64,000 nt of DNA from a virus. The stretch is taken from the IMG/VR virus record IMGVR_UViG_3300046170_000299. The stretch is one strand, 5' to 3'. The notes under the pieces were generated by a model. That model saw only the letters and a list, made by a program, of their open reading frames with translations, had not been told where the DNA came from and searched no databases. Positions 1 through 8,174 of the stretch are shown here, one piece after another (position 1 is the stretch's first letter; the number at the start of each line of letters is the position of its first letter). Position numbers and translations under genes: made by a program.

Positions 1-2
1 AA

Positions 3-104
3 CCACAAAATTTACCAAACGCAGCATTTAGAATTCCTGCATATATTGTCAAACCTAATGGGACAATCCCTTACATCAACGAAGATCCTTCAAATCCTGG
101 TTGA
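3..104 (+). CDS. 3' end of a hypothetical protein truncated by the window edge (…PQNLPNAAFRIPAYIVKPNGTIPYINEDPSNPG*)
   Basis: Open frame from base 3 to TGA 102-104, translated by hand. Confidence 0.5.
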   Translation, partial: PQNLPNAAFRIPAYIVKPNGTIPYINEDPSNPG

Positions 105-129
105 CACGCCATCGATGGTGTGATAGGAT
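101..129 (+). promoter_or_regulatory. sigma70-type early promoter
   Basis: TTGACA(101-106)-17 nt-TAGGAT(124-129) upstream of ORF 151. Confidence 0.7.
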
Positions 130-150
130 GACCTCATCTAGCATTCAACT

Positions 151-435
151 ATGAAGGTTCCCACCAAACCAGAACTCACACATATGCAGATCCAAGCTAT
201 TTTAAGGGAAAATTCAATTCCTGAGGATCAGATCAAGTATATTGGTGATAAAGAATACACAACACAATATGCTGCCCATCCTGAATACCATGGAGATATT
301 ATGCCATGGTATTTGATTGGTGGTGAGCATGAGGTGCCAGTTTGTGACATTGGATCAATTGATCAGGTAGACGAAGACGACTGTGTGCCTGAAAATGATG
401 GTTGGGGTCCTGCTGGTCCCCCACCTGAAAATTAA
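151..435 (+). CDS. hypothetical cyanophage protein (acidic)
   Basis: ORF track; ATG start behind promoter. Confidence 0.75.
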   Translation: MKVPTKPELTHMQIQAILRENSIPEDQIKYIGDKEYTTQYAAHPEYHGDIMPWYLIGGEHEVPVCDIGSIDQVDEDDCVPENDGWGPAGPPPEN

Positions 436-488
436 TTTGTTTCGATTTCCCCTTAAACCACTGCAAACCACTAGAAACCGACTATACT

Positions 489-677
489 ATGAACTGGGAC
501 ACTTCTAAAGAAGAAAAACGCAAAGACGCATTCTTTATTTTTTATGAGAGTGTTCTGAAACCAGATCACGAACTACGTCAGGATGCACATGATCAGCAAT
601 GCTATCATGAACTGCTAGAATGGCGTGGAGAGATCATTGAATACTTAGACCGTCGTCGTAATGAGGAATTTTCATGA
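489..677 (+). CDS. hypothetical cyanophage protein
   Basis: ORF track; ATGA overlap with next ORF. Confidence 0.75.
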   Translation: MNWDTSKEEKRKDAFFIFYESVLKPDHELRQDAHDQQCYHELLEWRGEIIEYLDRRRNEEFS

Positions 678-919
678 GCAGTCCCATTGTTGGTACTGAT
701 ACCACCTATGAAGAACATCGTAGGGATCGATTACAAGAGTGTATCGAGGACTATCTCCAAGATGGTTTTGGAGACAATACTGATCCACGATACGTATATG
801 AAGAAATGCTAGTAGTTATTCAACAGCTAGCAGACTATCATGAAAAGCATCGAGCACGTTACACAGAACTAAAAAATTACATGCTCGGTTATAATAATCA
901 TCTTCCTGATAGATTTTGA
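674..919 (+). CDS. hypothetical protein
   Basis: ORF track; coupled to neighbours. Confidence 0.7.
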   Translation: MSSPIVGTDTTYEEHRRDRLQECIEDYLQDGFGDNTDPRYVYEEMLVVIQQLADYHEKHRARYTELKNYMLGYNNHLPDRF

Positions 920-1176
920 TGGATAAAAAAGAGAGAATCCTGCTTGCATTACAGGATATACATACTGTGACCAAACTGATTGATGGCATTGACTATCACG
1001 GTTACATGATTAATAAACTTATCATGGTTGAGGTCGAACTAGAACGGCAACTTACTAATTTGATTCACAATGAACGAAGAGGAATTCAAAGCAGCAATCC
1101 AGAATATGCTGCAGATGCAAAATTCAGTACAGAACAACAACGATCAGAATTTTCAGATTCTGCAGGCACAAATTGA
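916..1176 (+). CDS. hypothetical protein
   Basis: ORF track; C-terminus overlaps next ORF. Confidence 0.65.
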   Translation: MMDKKERILLALQDIHTVTKLIDGIDYHGYMINKLIMVEVELERQLTNLIHNERRGIQSSNPEYAADAKFSTEQQRSEFSDSAGTN

Positions 1177-1279
1177 TAGACTGCAGACACAACTGAATGA
1201 ACTGAATGATCTCAAAGAGATGTTCAGATTACCCAAACCACAGAACAAAGATCGCAAGTTGTTCGATGAACAAGAATGA
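1070..1279 (+). CDS. small coiled-coil hypothetical protein
   Basis: Q/N/L heptad-rich 69 aa ORF. Confidence 0.7.
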   Translation: MNEEEFKAAIQNMLQMQNSVQNNNDQNFQILQAQIDRLQTQLNELNDLKEMFRLPKPQNKDRKLFDEQE

Positions 1280-1580
1280 TTTTGAATTGCTACAACCTGT
1301 TGAATACGATGGTATCAAAGGTTATATTTCCTTTATCGATGATGCTTATCTAACGATTTGCTTCATCGATCAACCTCTTCCTGAATCAGCAAATTCACGA
1401 TGGGGTCGTCATTATGTTAACATTTTAGTATACCCTTGTTATTGGCATGAAATACGCTGTCGTTTGGATGAAGAACAAGAAGAAGGGATGCACGTCCCGC
1501 CAACAAGCGACCTTTTACAATTTGGACGATGCCGCTCAGTGGGAGCAGCACATAAACAGAACCCTACACGTAAGAACTGA
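1266..1580 (+). CDS. hypothetical protein (MNKNDFELLQPVEY…)
   Basis: ORF track 1206..1580; likely start ATG 1266. Confidence 0.65.
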   Translation: MNKNDFELLQPVEYDGIKGYISFIDDAYLTICFIDQPLPESANSRWGRHYVNILVYPCYWHEIRCRLDEEQEEGMHVPPTSDLLQFGRCRSVGAAHKQNPTRKN

Positions 1581-1608
1581 CATCATTCCTATTTTCAATG
1601 ACAATTGA
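1447..1608 (+). CDS. small hypothetical protein MKYAVVWMKNKKKGCTSRQQATFYNLDDAAQWEQHINRTLHVRTDIIPIFNDN
   Basis: Hand-translated 53 aa ORF below track cutoff; stop overlaps start of ORF 1598. Confidence 0.6.
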   Translation: MKYAVVWMKNKKKGCTSRQQATFYNLDDAAQWEQHINRTLHVRTDIIPIFNDN

Positions 1609-1813
1609 GCTAATGACTTACACTAAAGAACAATTGATTGATGCACTCGTTCATGAATGGGAGTATCTCTGTCATGATGATTATGATCCAGAAGATGACA
1701 CACCAGAGGAGTATCGTTTGAAGATGGAGTTTCTCACCATTGAAGAACTGATTGAAGAAACATCAACTGGTGAAGGTTACACACTAGATGAGTTCATGGA
1801 CAACCATGGGTGA
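1598..1813 (+). CDS. acidic hypothetical protein
   Basis: ORF track. Confidence 0.7.
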   Translation: MTIELMTYTKEQLIDALVHEWEYLCHDDYDPEDDTPEEYRLKMEFLTIEELIEETSTGEGYTLDEFMDNHG

Positions 1814-1867
1814 CAGTTGAGCTAGTGTCCACTCGACCTTCCGCATGACCTCCGCACCCCTTATAAT
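1810..1867 (+). promoter_or_regulatory. palindrome-plus-promoter early cassette copy
   Basis: GTGACAGTTGAGCTAGTGTCCAC (1810-1832), TATAAT 1862-1867. Confidence 0.7.
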
Positions 1868-1892
1868 ATAGAGGTCACCAAGGGAGCACCCA

Positions 1893-2171
1893 ATGCAACT
1901 CACTAACTCTGTCTGTATCGTTGACTTCTTCCCTGAAGCATTCATTGCTGAAGCATGTGACGTTCACGGTATTAAAACATGTGTCAAGCGTTTTGTCAAG
2001 CGTGTTACCTTCCCTTCCGATTATGGTAAGGACATGGTATCATGGTCAACCATCACAGCACTGACTTTCTCTCATGAAGTCAACTCACGTATCGCTAGTG
2101 GTGCAGATGTTACTGCATTTCACACTGATAAGTGTCCTGACCGTTACTCTGGTTTCTCCTGTGTCTGCTGA
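1893..2171 (+). CDS. hypothetical early protein
   Basis: ORF directly downstream of promoter cassette. Confidence 0.75.
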   Translation: MQLTNSVCIVDFFPEAFIAEACDVHGIKTCVKRFVKRVTFPSDYGKDMVSWSTITALTFSHEVNSRIASGADVTAFHTDKCPDRYSGFSCVC

Positions 2172-2217
2172 GAGGCACCTAGGAGCGACTACAATGCCCC
2201 TTTAACCTATTATTGCT

Positions 2218-2394
2218 ATGAACACTCGTTCTATGGAACTGACCGTTAATCAGGTCAATTTCATTATTGATATGATGTGGGATACAGATCCCAAAGTTAG
2301 CGAGAAACTTGCGAAGCAGAATCAAGTAGATGATATTCAATTACACGATCAACTTCAACACCAACTTCACAACAATCCTAGAACAAATGACTAG
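2218..2394 (+). CDS. small hypothetical protein MNTRSMELTVNQVNFIIDMMWDTDPKVSEKL…
   Basis: Hand-translated 58 aa ORF; overlaps ATG 2387. Confidence 0.6.
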   Translation: MNTRSMELTVNQVNFIIDMMWDTDPKVSEKLAKQNQVDDIQLHDQLQHQLHNNPRTND

Positions 2395-2581
2395 CTTCGA
2401 CACCTTTATTGAAAAAATGGCATCACAACCTGATGTTATCGCCGCTGTTGCTAAGAGCAACCAAGAATGGGAGGAAGCAGCAGCAGCAGAACTAGAAATC
2501 ACTGTAGACGAACTCTTGTCTCAGTTGAACAGTCGTGTGACAGATGGCAAACTGCCACACCAGAGGATGCACGGTCACTGA
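2387..2581 (+). CDS. hypothetical protein (MTSFDTFIEKMASQPDV…)
   Basis: ORF track 2330..2581; likely start ATG 2387. Confidence 0.6.
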   Translation: MTSFDTFIEKMASQPDVIAAVAKSNQEWEEAAAAELEITVDELLSQLNSRVTDGKLPHQRMHGH

Positions 2582-2594
2582 TCCTTGCTATACT
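2537..2594 (+). promoter_or_regulatory. palindrome-plus-promoter early cassette copy
   Basis: GTGACAGATGGCAAACTGCCAC (2537-2558), TATACT 2589-2594. Confidence 0.7.
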
Positions 2595-2617
2595 AAGTAC
2601 ATCAACACAAAAGACAC

Positions 2618-3070
2618 ATGACCACATCTTCCTTCGCTGACTTCGCTGCTTCTGCTCAAGATAGAGCAGACAACGCGGCAAATGTACATCACTACACTGA
2701 GATTCTCTGTGAAGCACTCGTTCAAAACTTCATTGAGTACAGTACTCACTCTATGAAGCGTAGTGCTCTCACTGCAGAAACAAAATCAGAAGCAGAATAC
2801 TACATCAATCGCGCTAAGGAGATTGCTGAGAAACCTGACTACAGCTTCACCATTGAAACTGGACGTAAGTATCTCAAGGTCATCATGAACGATTGTACTG
2901 GTAGCAGCAGTGTCCATGCATTTGTTGACAAAAAGACTGGTGAACTCTACAAACCAGCAGGATGGCGTGCTCCTGCAAAGCATGTCCGTGGTAATCTGCT
3001 AGATTCCGCTAGTAGGGAAGATGTTTTGAGTCGCTGCGACTGGGCGGGTGGGTATCTCTACATACGTTGA
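2618..3070 (+). CDS. conserved phage early protein (GRKYxK…SVHAFVDKKTGELYKPAGWRAPAK family)
   Basis: Motif recalled from widespread phage hypothetical proteins. Confidence 0.8.
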   Translation: MTTSSFADFAASAQDRADNAANVHHYTEILCEALVQNFIEYSTHSMKRSALTAETKSEAEYYINRAKEIAEKPDYSFTIETGRKYLKVIMNDCTGSSSVHAFVDKKTGELYKPAGWRAPAKHVRGNLLDSASREDVLSRCDWAGGYLYIR

Positions 3071-3095
3071 CACCCAACCCATTATACATTATACT
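3067..3095 (+). promoter_or_regulatory. sigma70-type promoter
   Basis: TTGACA(3067-3072)-17 nt-TATACT(3090-3095). Confidence 0.8.
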
Positions 3096-3121
3096 ACATA
3101 GGTCACCCTGCTTTTAATCTC

Positions 3122-3352
3122 ATGTCTTCTCCTAATTTCTATCTCGTTGCCGAAGGTAACGCTTATGCATTAGATGATGATGGCACTCCATATGGTGCTG
3201 CTGTATTCCAAGATGGTTCTGTTGATTGGGACAATTCCTACGATCTAGAACCAGATGAGAATGATATTGAGTATGTTGCACACATGTGCCAACTCCTTGT
3301 ACAAGCACAAGGATTAACTATTGAACACAACAACGAGGTCTTTGTTAAATGA
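3122..3352 (+). CDS. hypothetical protein
   Basis: ORF track. Confidence 0.7.
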   Translation: MSSPNFYLVAEGNAYALDDDGTPYGAAVFQDGSVDWDNSYDLEPDENDIEYVAHMCQLLVQAQGLTIEHNNEVFVK

Positions 3353-3606
3353 GTAAACCAAACCCACTAGCTGAGTATATCACCACGCTAGTTGAACCAT
3401 TCTCGAATCGTCACACACGAGGTGAGTATACTATTTCAGTTGCTCCTCGTGCTGATCTGGATGATGAAGGTGTCGAACGGTATTGGCGAGCATTCTCTAA
3501 GTTTCCTAACGATTTTGCCTCAGCACTCAACCGTATGCTGCCTAAGGATGTAGAATTCATCCAGTACGATCACCTCTCCAACACACTTACTCTCATCAAA
3601 AAATGA
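3349..3606 (+). CDS. hypothetical protein
   Basis: ORF track; coupled to neighbours. Confidence 0.7.
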   Translation: MSKPNPLAEYITTLVEPFSNRHTRGEYTISVAPRADLDDEGVERYWRAFSKFPNDFASALNRMLPKDVEFIQYDHLSNTLTLIKK

Positions 3607-3830
3607 ACAACGAAGACGTACTCCGCATTTCTCAGCAACGTGACGACATCTACGATTGGGTAGTAGCACGTTTCAGGTATTTCATGGAGAACGACGAAAT
3701 CGACAATGCGCTATGCCTTGCTGATGAGTTCTTTGAATGGATGGACCCTGATCAACTAGATAACGAGCAGACATTATTCATTAACGAGGATGAACTCAAA
3801 GAACGATTCCTTGAAATCACAGAAGGTTGA
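3603..3830 (+). CDS. acidic hypothetical protein
   Basis: ORF track. Confidence 0.7.
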   Translation: MNNEDVLRISQQRDDIYDWVVARFRYFMENDEIDNALCLADEFFEWMDPDQLDNEQTLFINEDELKERFLEITEG

Positions 3831-3951
3831 TGACACCATGAAGACATTGATACTTGATTATATCAATCAGAGTAACAATGGTAACCATGCTCAAGCAGAA
3901 GTCATCTTACACAAAATTAATATGATGAGGAAGCTAACTGATGACAGTTAA
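3790..3951 (+). CDS. small hypothetical protein MNSKNDSLKSQKVDDTMKTLILDYINQSNNGNHAQAEVILHKINMMRKLTDDS
   Basis: Hand-translated 53 aa ORF filling the gap (alternative start 3838). Confidence 0.55.
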   Translation: MNSKNDSLKSQKVDDTMKTLILDYINQSNNGNHAQAEVILHKINMMRKLTDDS

Positions 3952-4522
3952 TTGTATTTCAGCGTTTCCTTCTCCTATTTTACAATTTAGTTTGTCCGAC
4001 TTTGCTGACCATCGTCAGCAGATCGTGGATAACATTTACTCTGTGATGGAAACAACCGAGTCTGTCAGTCTATCAAATGAAGGTGGATGGCAGTCTCCAA
4101 ATCAAGAACCACAACCAAAGGTGCTGTTTAAGAGTGTCAACGATATCATGACACAATTCCTTACGGAAGAACTACAGTACAGTATTGGTAATGTGTGGTA
4201 TAATGTGAACACTGAAGGATCCTTTAATCATAAGCATACTCATCCAGGATGTGATCTTGCTGCTGTATTCTATGTCAAGGTTCCTGAAGGTGATTGTGGT
4301 AGACTTGAGATCGAGAATCCAAGTTACTTCAATCAGTTCAGACTACTAGATGCGATGAATCCAAAGTTGAAAGAGGACATGATTACATTTACTTCGATGT
4401 GGTTTCCACCAGTAGAAGGTAATGGTCTGATCTTCCCATCTAATCTAATTCATCGTGTATCAAAGAACAACACTCAAGAAGACAGGATTAGTATTTCATG
4501 GAACATTCACATCAACTACTGA
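3941..4522 (+). CDS. putative 2OG-Fe(II) oxygenase (TIGR02466-like)
   Basis: HxH (HTHPG..LAAVFYV), distal H (HRV) and RISISWN motif. Confidence 0.85.
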   Translation: MTVNCISAFPSPILQFSLSDFADHRQQIVDNIYSVMETTESVSLSNEGGWQSPNQEPQPKVLFKSVNDIMTQFLTEELQYSIGNVWYNVNTEGSFNHKHTHPGCDLAAVFYVKVPEGDCGRLEIENPSYFNQFRLLDAMNPKLKEDMITFTSMWFPPVEGNGLIFPSNLIHRVSKNNTQEDRISISWNIHINY

Positions 4523-5187
4523 AGCAAGTAGTGGCAGCAGGGTTATGTTTAGGATTGTCAGGTGTAGCATTAGCTAACGAAGACAAGATCACACAAGGTT
4601 TTAAATCATACGACGCCATGGGTTGTATGTTATTGCGTGAGTGTAAGGAGGATGTTGATGAAGTCTTCACTCTATTAGATATCTCACATGAGTATCCTAA
4701 TACGGAAGCATACACACCATACTCACAAGAATTCAACACGATGTTGATGACACTGAATCAAATCGGTGTCAAGGTATATCTTGCTGATGCAAAGTATTTC
4801 CCTGATGGTCATCGTGGTGTCTATCACACAGTCAGTAATAACTTTTACTTGAATCGTGATTGGATGGGTGATCCTGGTACACTGATGATGTTAATGCGCC
4901 ATGAAGGATGGCACGCCGCCCAAGATTGTATGGCAGGCACAATTGATAATAGTATGATTGCTATTATTATGCCTGAAGATGCAGTACCGATGCTATGGCG
5001 TGTGTTAGCAGAGCGTACATATCCTGAGAACGCAGTACCATGGGAAGCAGAAGCACAATGGGCGGGTCGAACTGAACATATGACTATGAAAGCACTTCAA
5101 GCTTGTGCAAAGGGAGAAATGTGGACAGTTTATGAACCGACACCTATGACTCGTGAATGGTTGGAGATCAATGGATATATCAAATAA
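4498..5187 (+). CDS. exported HExxH-motif protein (zincin-like), conserved in cyanophages
   Basis: N-terminal signal peptide (…VALA/NED) and RHEGWHAAQD. Confidence 0.7.
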   Translation: MEHSHQLLKQVVAAGLCLGLSGVALANEDKITQGFKSYDAMGCMLLRECKEDVDEVFTLLDISHEYPNTEAYTPYSQEFNTMLMTLNQIGVKVYLADAKYFPDGHRGVYHTVSNNFYLNRDWMGDPGTLMMLMRHEGWHAAQDCMAGTIDNSMIAIIMPEDAVPMLWRVLAERTYPENAVPWEAEAQWAGRTEHMTMKALQACAKGEMWTVYEPTPMTREWLEINGYIK

Positions 5188-5446
5188 ACAAAAACTCATT
5201 GTACTTACTCACAAATATGGTTCAGAAAACGACCTCTACATCGAAATCCCGCAAACCATCCGCGAAGACCTCGACTGGAAAGAAGGTGACACGCTCATCT
5301 GGGAAATCAAAGGCGACAACAGTATCGTCATTAGAAAAGAACTTAGCGTCTCTGAATACAAAGAGCAAGCAATCAAAGAACACCTCGAAGACCAAGACTT
5401 CGACTCGTACTACGACTGGATCTACCAAATCTGCTTCGAGTCGTAA
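5171..5446 (+). CDS. AbrB/MazE/SpoVT-like DNA-binding protein
   Basis: LYIEIPQTIREDLDWKEGDTLIWEIKGDNSIVIRK matches the swapped-hairpin AbrB pattern. Confidence 0.7.
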   Translation: MDISNKQKLIVLTHKYGSENDLYIEIPQTIREDLDWKEGDTLIWEIKGDNSIVIRKELSVSEYKEQAIKEHLEDQDFDSYYDWIYQICFES

Positions 5447-5699
5447 GAGCAAAGATCGTGGTGTGAAGCATACACGTTGTAAGGACAAGAGTTTGTTCCC
5501 ACATTATTCAATGCCATGGCGTATGGAGCCACGTACAGGTAAATTTAACCTGAGTTGGTATATGTGTTTTGATCATGCAGTAGATCAGATTGAACGTTCA
5601 CACTTACAACCAAAGGATTATAAACTGCAATGTTATACGTCCGTCCCTATCACTGATCCATTAACTGGTTCAGTCCGAACTCAACGCTATGTTACCTAA
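5217..5699 (+). CDS. basic K/S/T-rich hypothetical protein overlapping the AbrB-like gene
   Basis: Long open frame from ATG 5217; globular C-terminal part (FPHYSMPWRME…) downstream of the overlap. Confidence 0.55.
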   Translation: MVQKTTSTSKSRKPSAKTSTGKKVTRSSGKSKATTVSSLEKNLASLNTKSKQSKNTSKTKTSTRTTTGSTKSASSRKSKDRGVKHTRCKDKSLFPHYSMPWRMEPRTGKFNLSWYMCFDHAVDQIERSHLQPKDYKLQCYTSVPITDPLTGSVRTQRYVT

Positions 5700-5850
5700 A
5701 GTTATTGTGCAACAAGATACAAAAGAACAACTCATTGAAGCATTAGAACATGTCCTGAATGTCAAGTGTCAGACTGTATACATCCTGAATTCTCAGGGTG
5801 TTGAAACAGTTCGATATCAGTTTACTGTACCACTTGCAAACAAGGATTAA
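5689..5850 (+). CDS. small hypothetical protein MLPKVIVQQDTKEQLIEALEHVLNVKCQTVYILNSQGVETVRYQFTVPLANKD
   Basis: Hand-translated 53 aa ORF. Confidence 0.6.
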   Translation: MLPKVIVQQDTKEQLIEALEHVLNVKCQTVYILNSQGVETVRYQFTVPLANKD

Positions 5851-5863
5851 TTTGTGGTATAAT
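5834..5863 (+). promoter_or_regulatory. sigma70-type promoter
   Basis: TTGCAA(5834-5839)-18 nt-TG-extended TATAAT(5858-5863). Confidence 0.65.
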
Positions 5864-5891
5864 TAGATGTGAACTCCACTACATTACGACC

Positions 5892-6017
5892 ATGGATAAC
5901 GAAGAGTTAATGAAAGAAATGGAAGTACAAGAACAATTTGAAAGAGAGCATTTTGGTATCATCGATGAATACGATGATGCATATTCAGTGGACATCGATT
6001 ACACAACACAATCATGA
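5892..6017 (+). CDS. 41 aa acidic peptide
   Basis: Hand-translated; ATGA-coupled to next ORF. Confidence 0.55.
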   Translation: MDNEELMKEMEVQEQFEREHFGIIDEYDDAYSVDIDYTTQS

Positions 6018-6154
6018 GACTTACACCAGACGAATGTGAATACCTGATCCTATGTCTCCATAGGACAACGGAGTTCACTAAAGCTACGCAACGTACTCAA
6101 CACAATCAAGTAGAGAGGAAACTTAAAGACTACATTTACAAACTTAAATCATGA
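6014..6154 (+). CDS. 46 aa hypothetical protein MRLTPDECEYLILCLHR…
   Basis: Hand-translated; ATGA-coupled on both sides. Confidence 0.55.
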   Translation: MRLTPDECEYLILCLHRTTEFTKATQRTQHNQVERKLKDYIYKLKS

Positions 6155-6234
6155 ATAACTATGCACTTGAAATCGTATTCTGGGTTGTACTCGGATGCTA
6201 TTTTGTATACCTATGGGAGGAACGTCACTCATGA
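6151..6234 (+). CDS. 27 aa single-pass membrane peptide MNNYALEIVFWVVLGCYFVYLWEERHS
   Basis: Hand-translated; hydrophobic core; ATGA-coupled to pyrE. Confidence 0.5.
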   Translation: MNNYALEIVFWVVLGCYFVYLWEERHS

Positions 6235-6809
6235 AAATTAGAACTCAGTTCACAACACCTGAAGATACAAAACATAAGACTACGCTCCTGAATCTTCTGA
6301 AGGAACGAGCATACCGTAAAGGACAGTATACTCTCTCATCTGGTAAACAGTCAGAGCATTATGTCAATTGTAAACCTGTCACACTCTCATGTGAAGGTAA
6401 TGCTCTCTTGTCTCATCTCTTACTACCACTCATTGATCATAATGCTGTAGCTGTTGGTGGTCTCACATTAGGTGCTGATCCTCTTGTCATTGGTATCTCT
6501 CAAAAGTCTTATTACAAAGGTAATAGACACATTGATGCTCTAATCGTCAGAAAGAACCCTAAGGACTATGGTACACAAGAAGTCATCGAAGGTCACAAAC
6601 CACCCGAAGGATCGGTCATCACTGTATTGGAAGATGTTACCACAACAGGTGCATCTGCTTTAATCGCAGTGAATACACTCAGACAAGCAGGTTACATTGT
6701 AAATAGAGTCGTAACTATCATTGATCGAATGGATGATCATAAGATATGGGATGATAATAACATTGAATTTAAATCATTGTATCATCTGAATGACCTCATA
6801 TCAGTTTAA
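6231..6809 (+). CDS. pyrE: orotate phosphoribosyltransferase
   Basis: TLSSGKQSEHYVNCK, GGLTLGADP, IVRK..KDYGT and PRPP-binding VLEDVTTTGAS motifs; start at ATG 6231. Confidence 0.95.
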   Translation: MKIRTQFTTPEDTKHKTTLLNLLKERAYRKGQYTLSSGKQSEHYVNCKPVTLSCEGNALLSHLLLPLIDHNAVAVGGLTLGADPLVIGISQKSYYKGNRHIDALIVRKNPKDYGTQEVIEGHKPPEGSVITVLEDVTTTGASALIAVNTLRQAGYIVNRVVTIIDRMDDHKIWDDNNIEFKSLYHLNDLISV

Positions 6810-6975
6810 TAGCAGACCTAGATCACCAACACATTTACTCTTACTCATATCAGAACTTGAAGGGTCATATCAACACCTCAAGTACATGGGATATGAAGAA
6901 GACATGAATACATTAAATGAAATCAAACAACGTTACTACAAGGAATACTTCAAAGCGAAAAAGAATGTCAACTGA
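6790..6975 (+). CDS. hypothetical protein
   Basis: ORF track. Confidence 0.65.
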   Translation: MTSYQFNSRPRSPTHLLLLISELEGSYQHLKYMGYEEDMNTLNEIKQRYYKEYFKAKKNVN

Positions 6976-7075
6976 ACAACTACTACGTATCTACATGAAT
7001 GCTAAACGTATAGCTGTTAAGGATAAACAACCACGTCCAGTACGTACTCATTACAATGCTCACTCATTCGGATGA
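6965..7075 (+). CDS. 36 aa hypothetical peptide MSTEQLLRIYMNAKR…
   Basis: Hand-translated; ATGA-coupled to 7072. Confidence 0.5.
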   Translation: MSTEQLLRIYMNAKRIAVKDKQPRPVRTHYNAHSFG

Positions 7076-7281
7076 CTCCTACAATTAAACAATCAGATTG
7101 GTTTACTAATACATCAGATAAACCATACGATAGACACTTCTACATTGCTAACTATCCTGATGATAGGTCCTATGCATTTGAAGACTATGATCATCTTAGA
7201 GCACATTGGTTTCAACAAGCAGATACACATGATGCTACTGTCACTGTCATGGACATACAACAATCTAAGGGATTCAAATAA
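7072..7281 (+). CDS. hypothetical protein
   Basis: ORF track. Confidence 0.7.
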   Translation: MTPTIKQSDWFTNTSDKPYDRHFYIANYPDDRSYAFEDYDHLRAHWFQQADTHDATVTVMDIQQSKGFK

Positions 7282-7853
7282 TGTATAATATCATCCCCCT
7301 ATTCCCTACACTTGTCTATCATACTCACATCAACAATAACATTGATGCACTCATAGACTATTGTTATGAACATAAAAGAAAGGATGAAATAGGATCAACA
7401 TACGAACAACGATCAGGTGTTAACTCATACCAATCATTACATCTGAATACAACATTACTACAACCAGTAAGAGATAAGGTAGATGAAATACTACGTGAGG
7501 TATACACTCAACCAACCTATCATAAATCCAATTGGATTAACATTAACCCAACAGGATCAAGAAACGTACAACATACACATCCTGGTGGAGACTACTCAGC
7601 AGTATACTATCTGAAGAATACAGATAAGACTGGTATTGTGTTTATTAATCCAGTCGCTCATACCTCATATAACATTACCACATACACTAACCCTAAGCTA
7701 GTAGATGATACAAGAGCATCACCACAGTTTAGAATTGAACCAGCTCAAGGTGATCTATTATTGTTCCCATCATACTTACCACATTGGGTAGAAGAAAACA
7801 AGGGAACAGACGATAGAATTAGCATATCATGGAACATTAATGTGGTAATCTGA
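7281..7853 (+). CDS. putative 2OG-Fe(II) oxygenase (TIGR02466-like)
   Basis: HTHPGGDYSAVYYL, LFPSYLPHWV, RISISWN. Confidence 0.85.
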   Translation: MYNIIPLFPTLVYHTHINNNIDALIDYCYEHKRKDEIGSTYEQRSGVNSYQSLHLNTTLLQPVRDKVDEILREVYTQPTYHKSNWININPTGSRNVQHTHPGGDYSAVYYLKNTDKTGIVFINPVAHTSYNITTYTNPKLVDDTRASPQFRIEPAQGDLLLFPSYLPHWVEENKGTDDRISISWNINVVI

Positions 7854-7940
7854 TGCAATAGAACTGAAAATGGAAACACCCATTGCTATTGATTCTCAAC
7901 AAGGTTTTCAGAGGTGCTTGCGCGTCAGTCATACCAAGGG

Positions 7941-7966
7941 TTCTCAATAAGACTTCTTATTGATAA
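7941..7966. repeat. imperfect inverted repeat in AT-rich intergenic region
   Basis: TTCTCAATAAG-ACTT-CTTATTGATAA (11 bp arms, one mismatch). Confidence 0.65.
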
Positions 7967-8078
7967 TCAATAATTAATAAATGGTTAATTAAATGGGGTG
8001 TAGGTACTGTGAAGATACTGTGAAGGTACTCTGGAGACGCTAGCTTAGCCTACTACCTACCGAAAGTCAAGGAGAAGT

Positions 8079-8147
8079 GTGCCAGTTCTTTTAGTGGCAC
8101 AATAACCCTCAGAAACACTTGCAAATCCCTCAGCGGTCTGTTATAAT
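8079..8147 (+). promoter_or_regulatory. palindrome plus sigma70 promoter
   Basis: GTGCCAGTTCTTTTAGTGGCAC (8079-8100); TTGCAA(8119-8124)-17-TATAAT(8142-8147). Confidence 0.75.
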
Positions 8148-8174
8148 AACAGTATGGTTCTCCAAAAGACTCGG

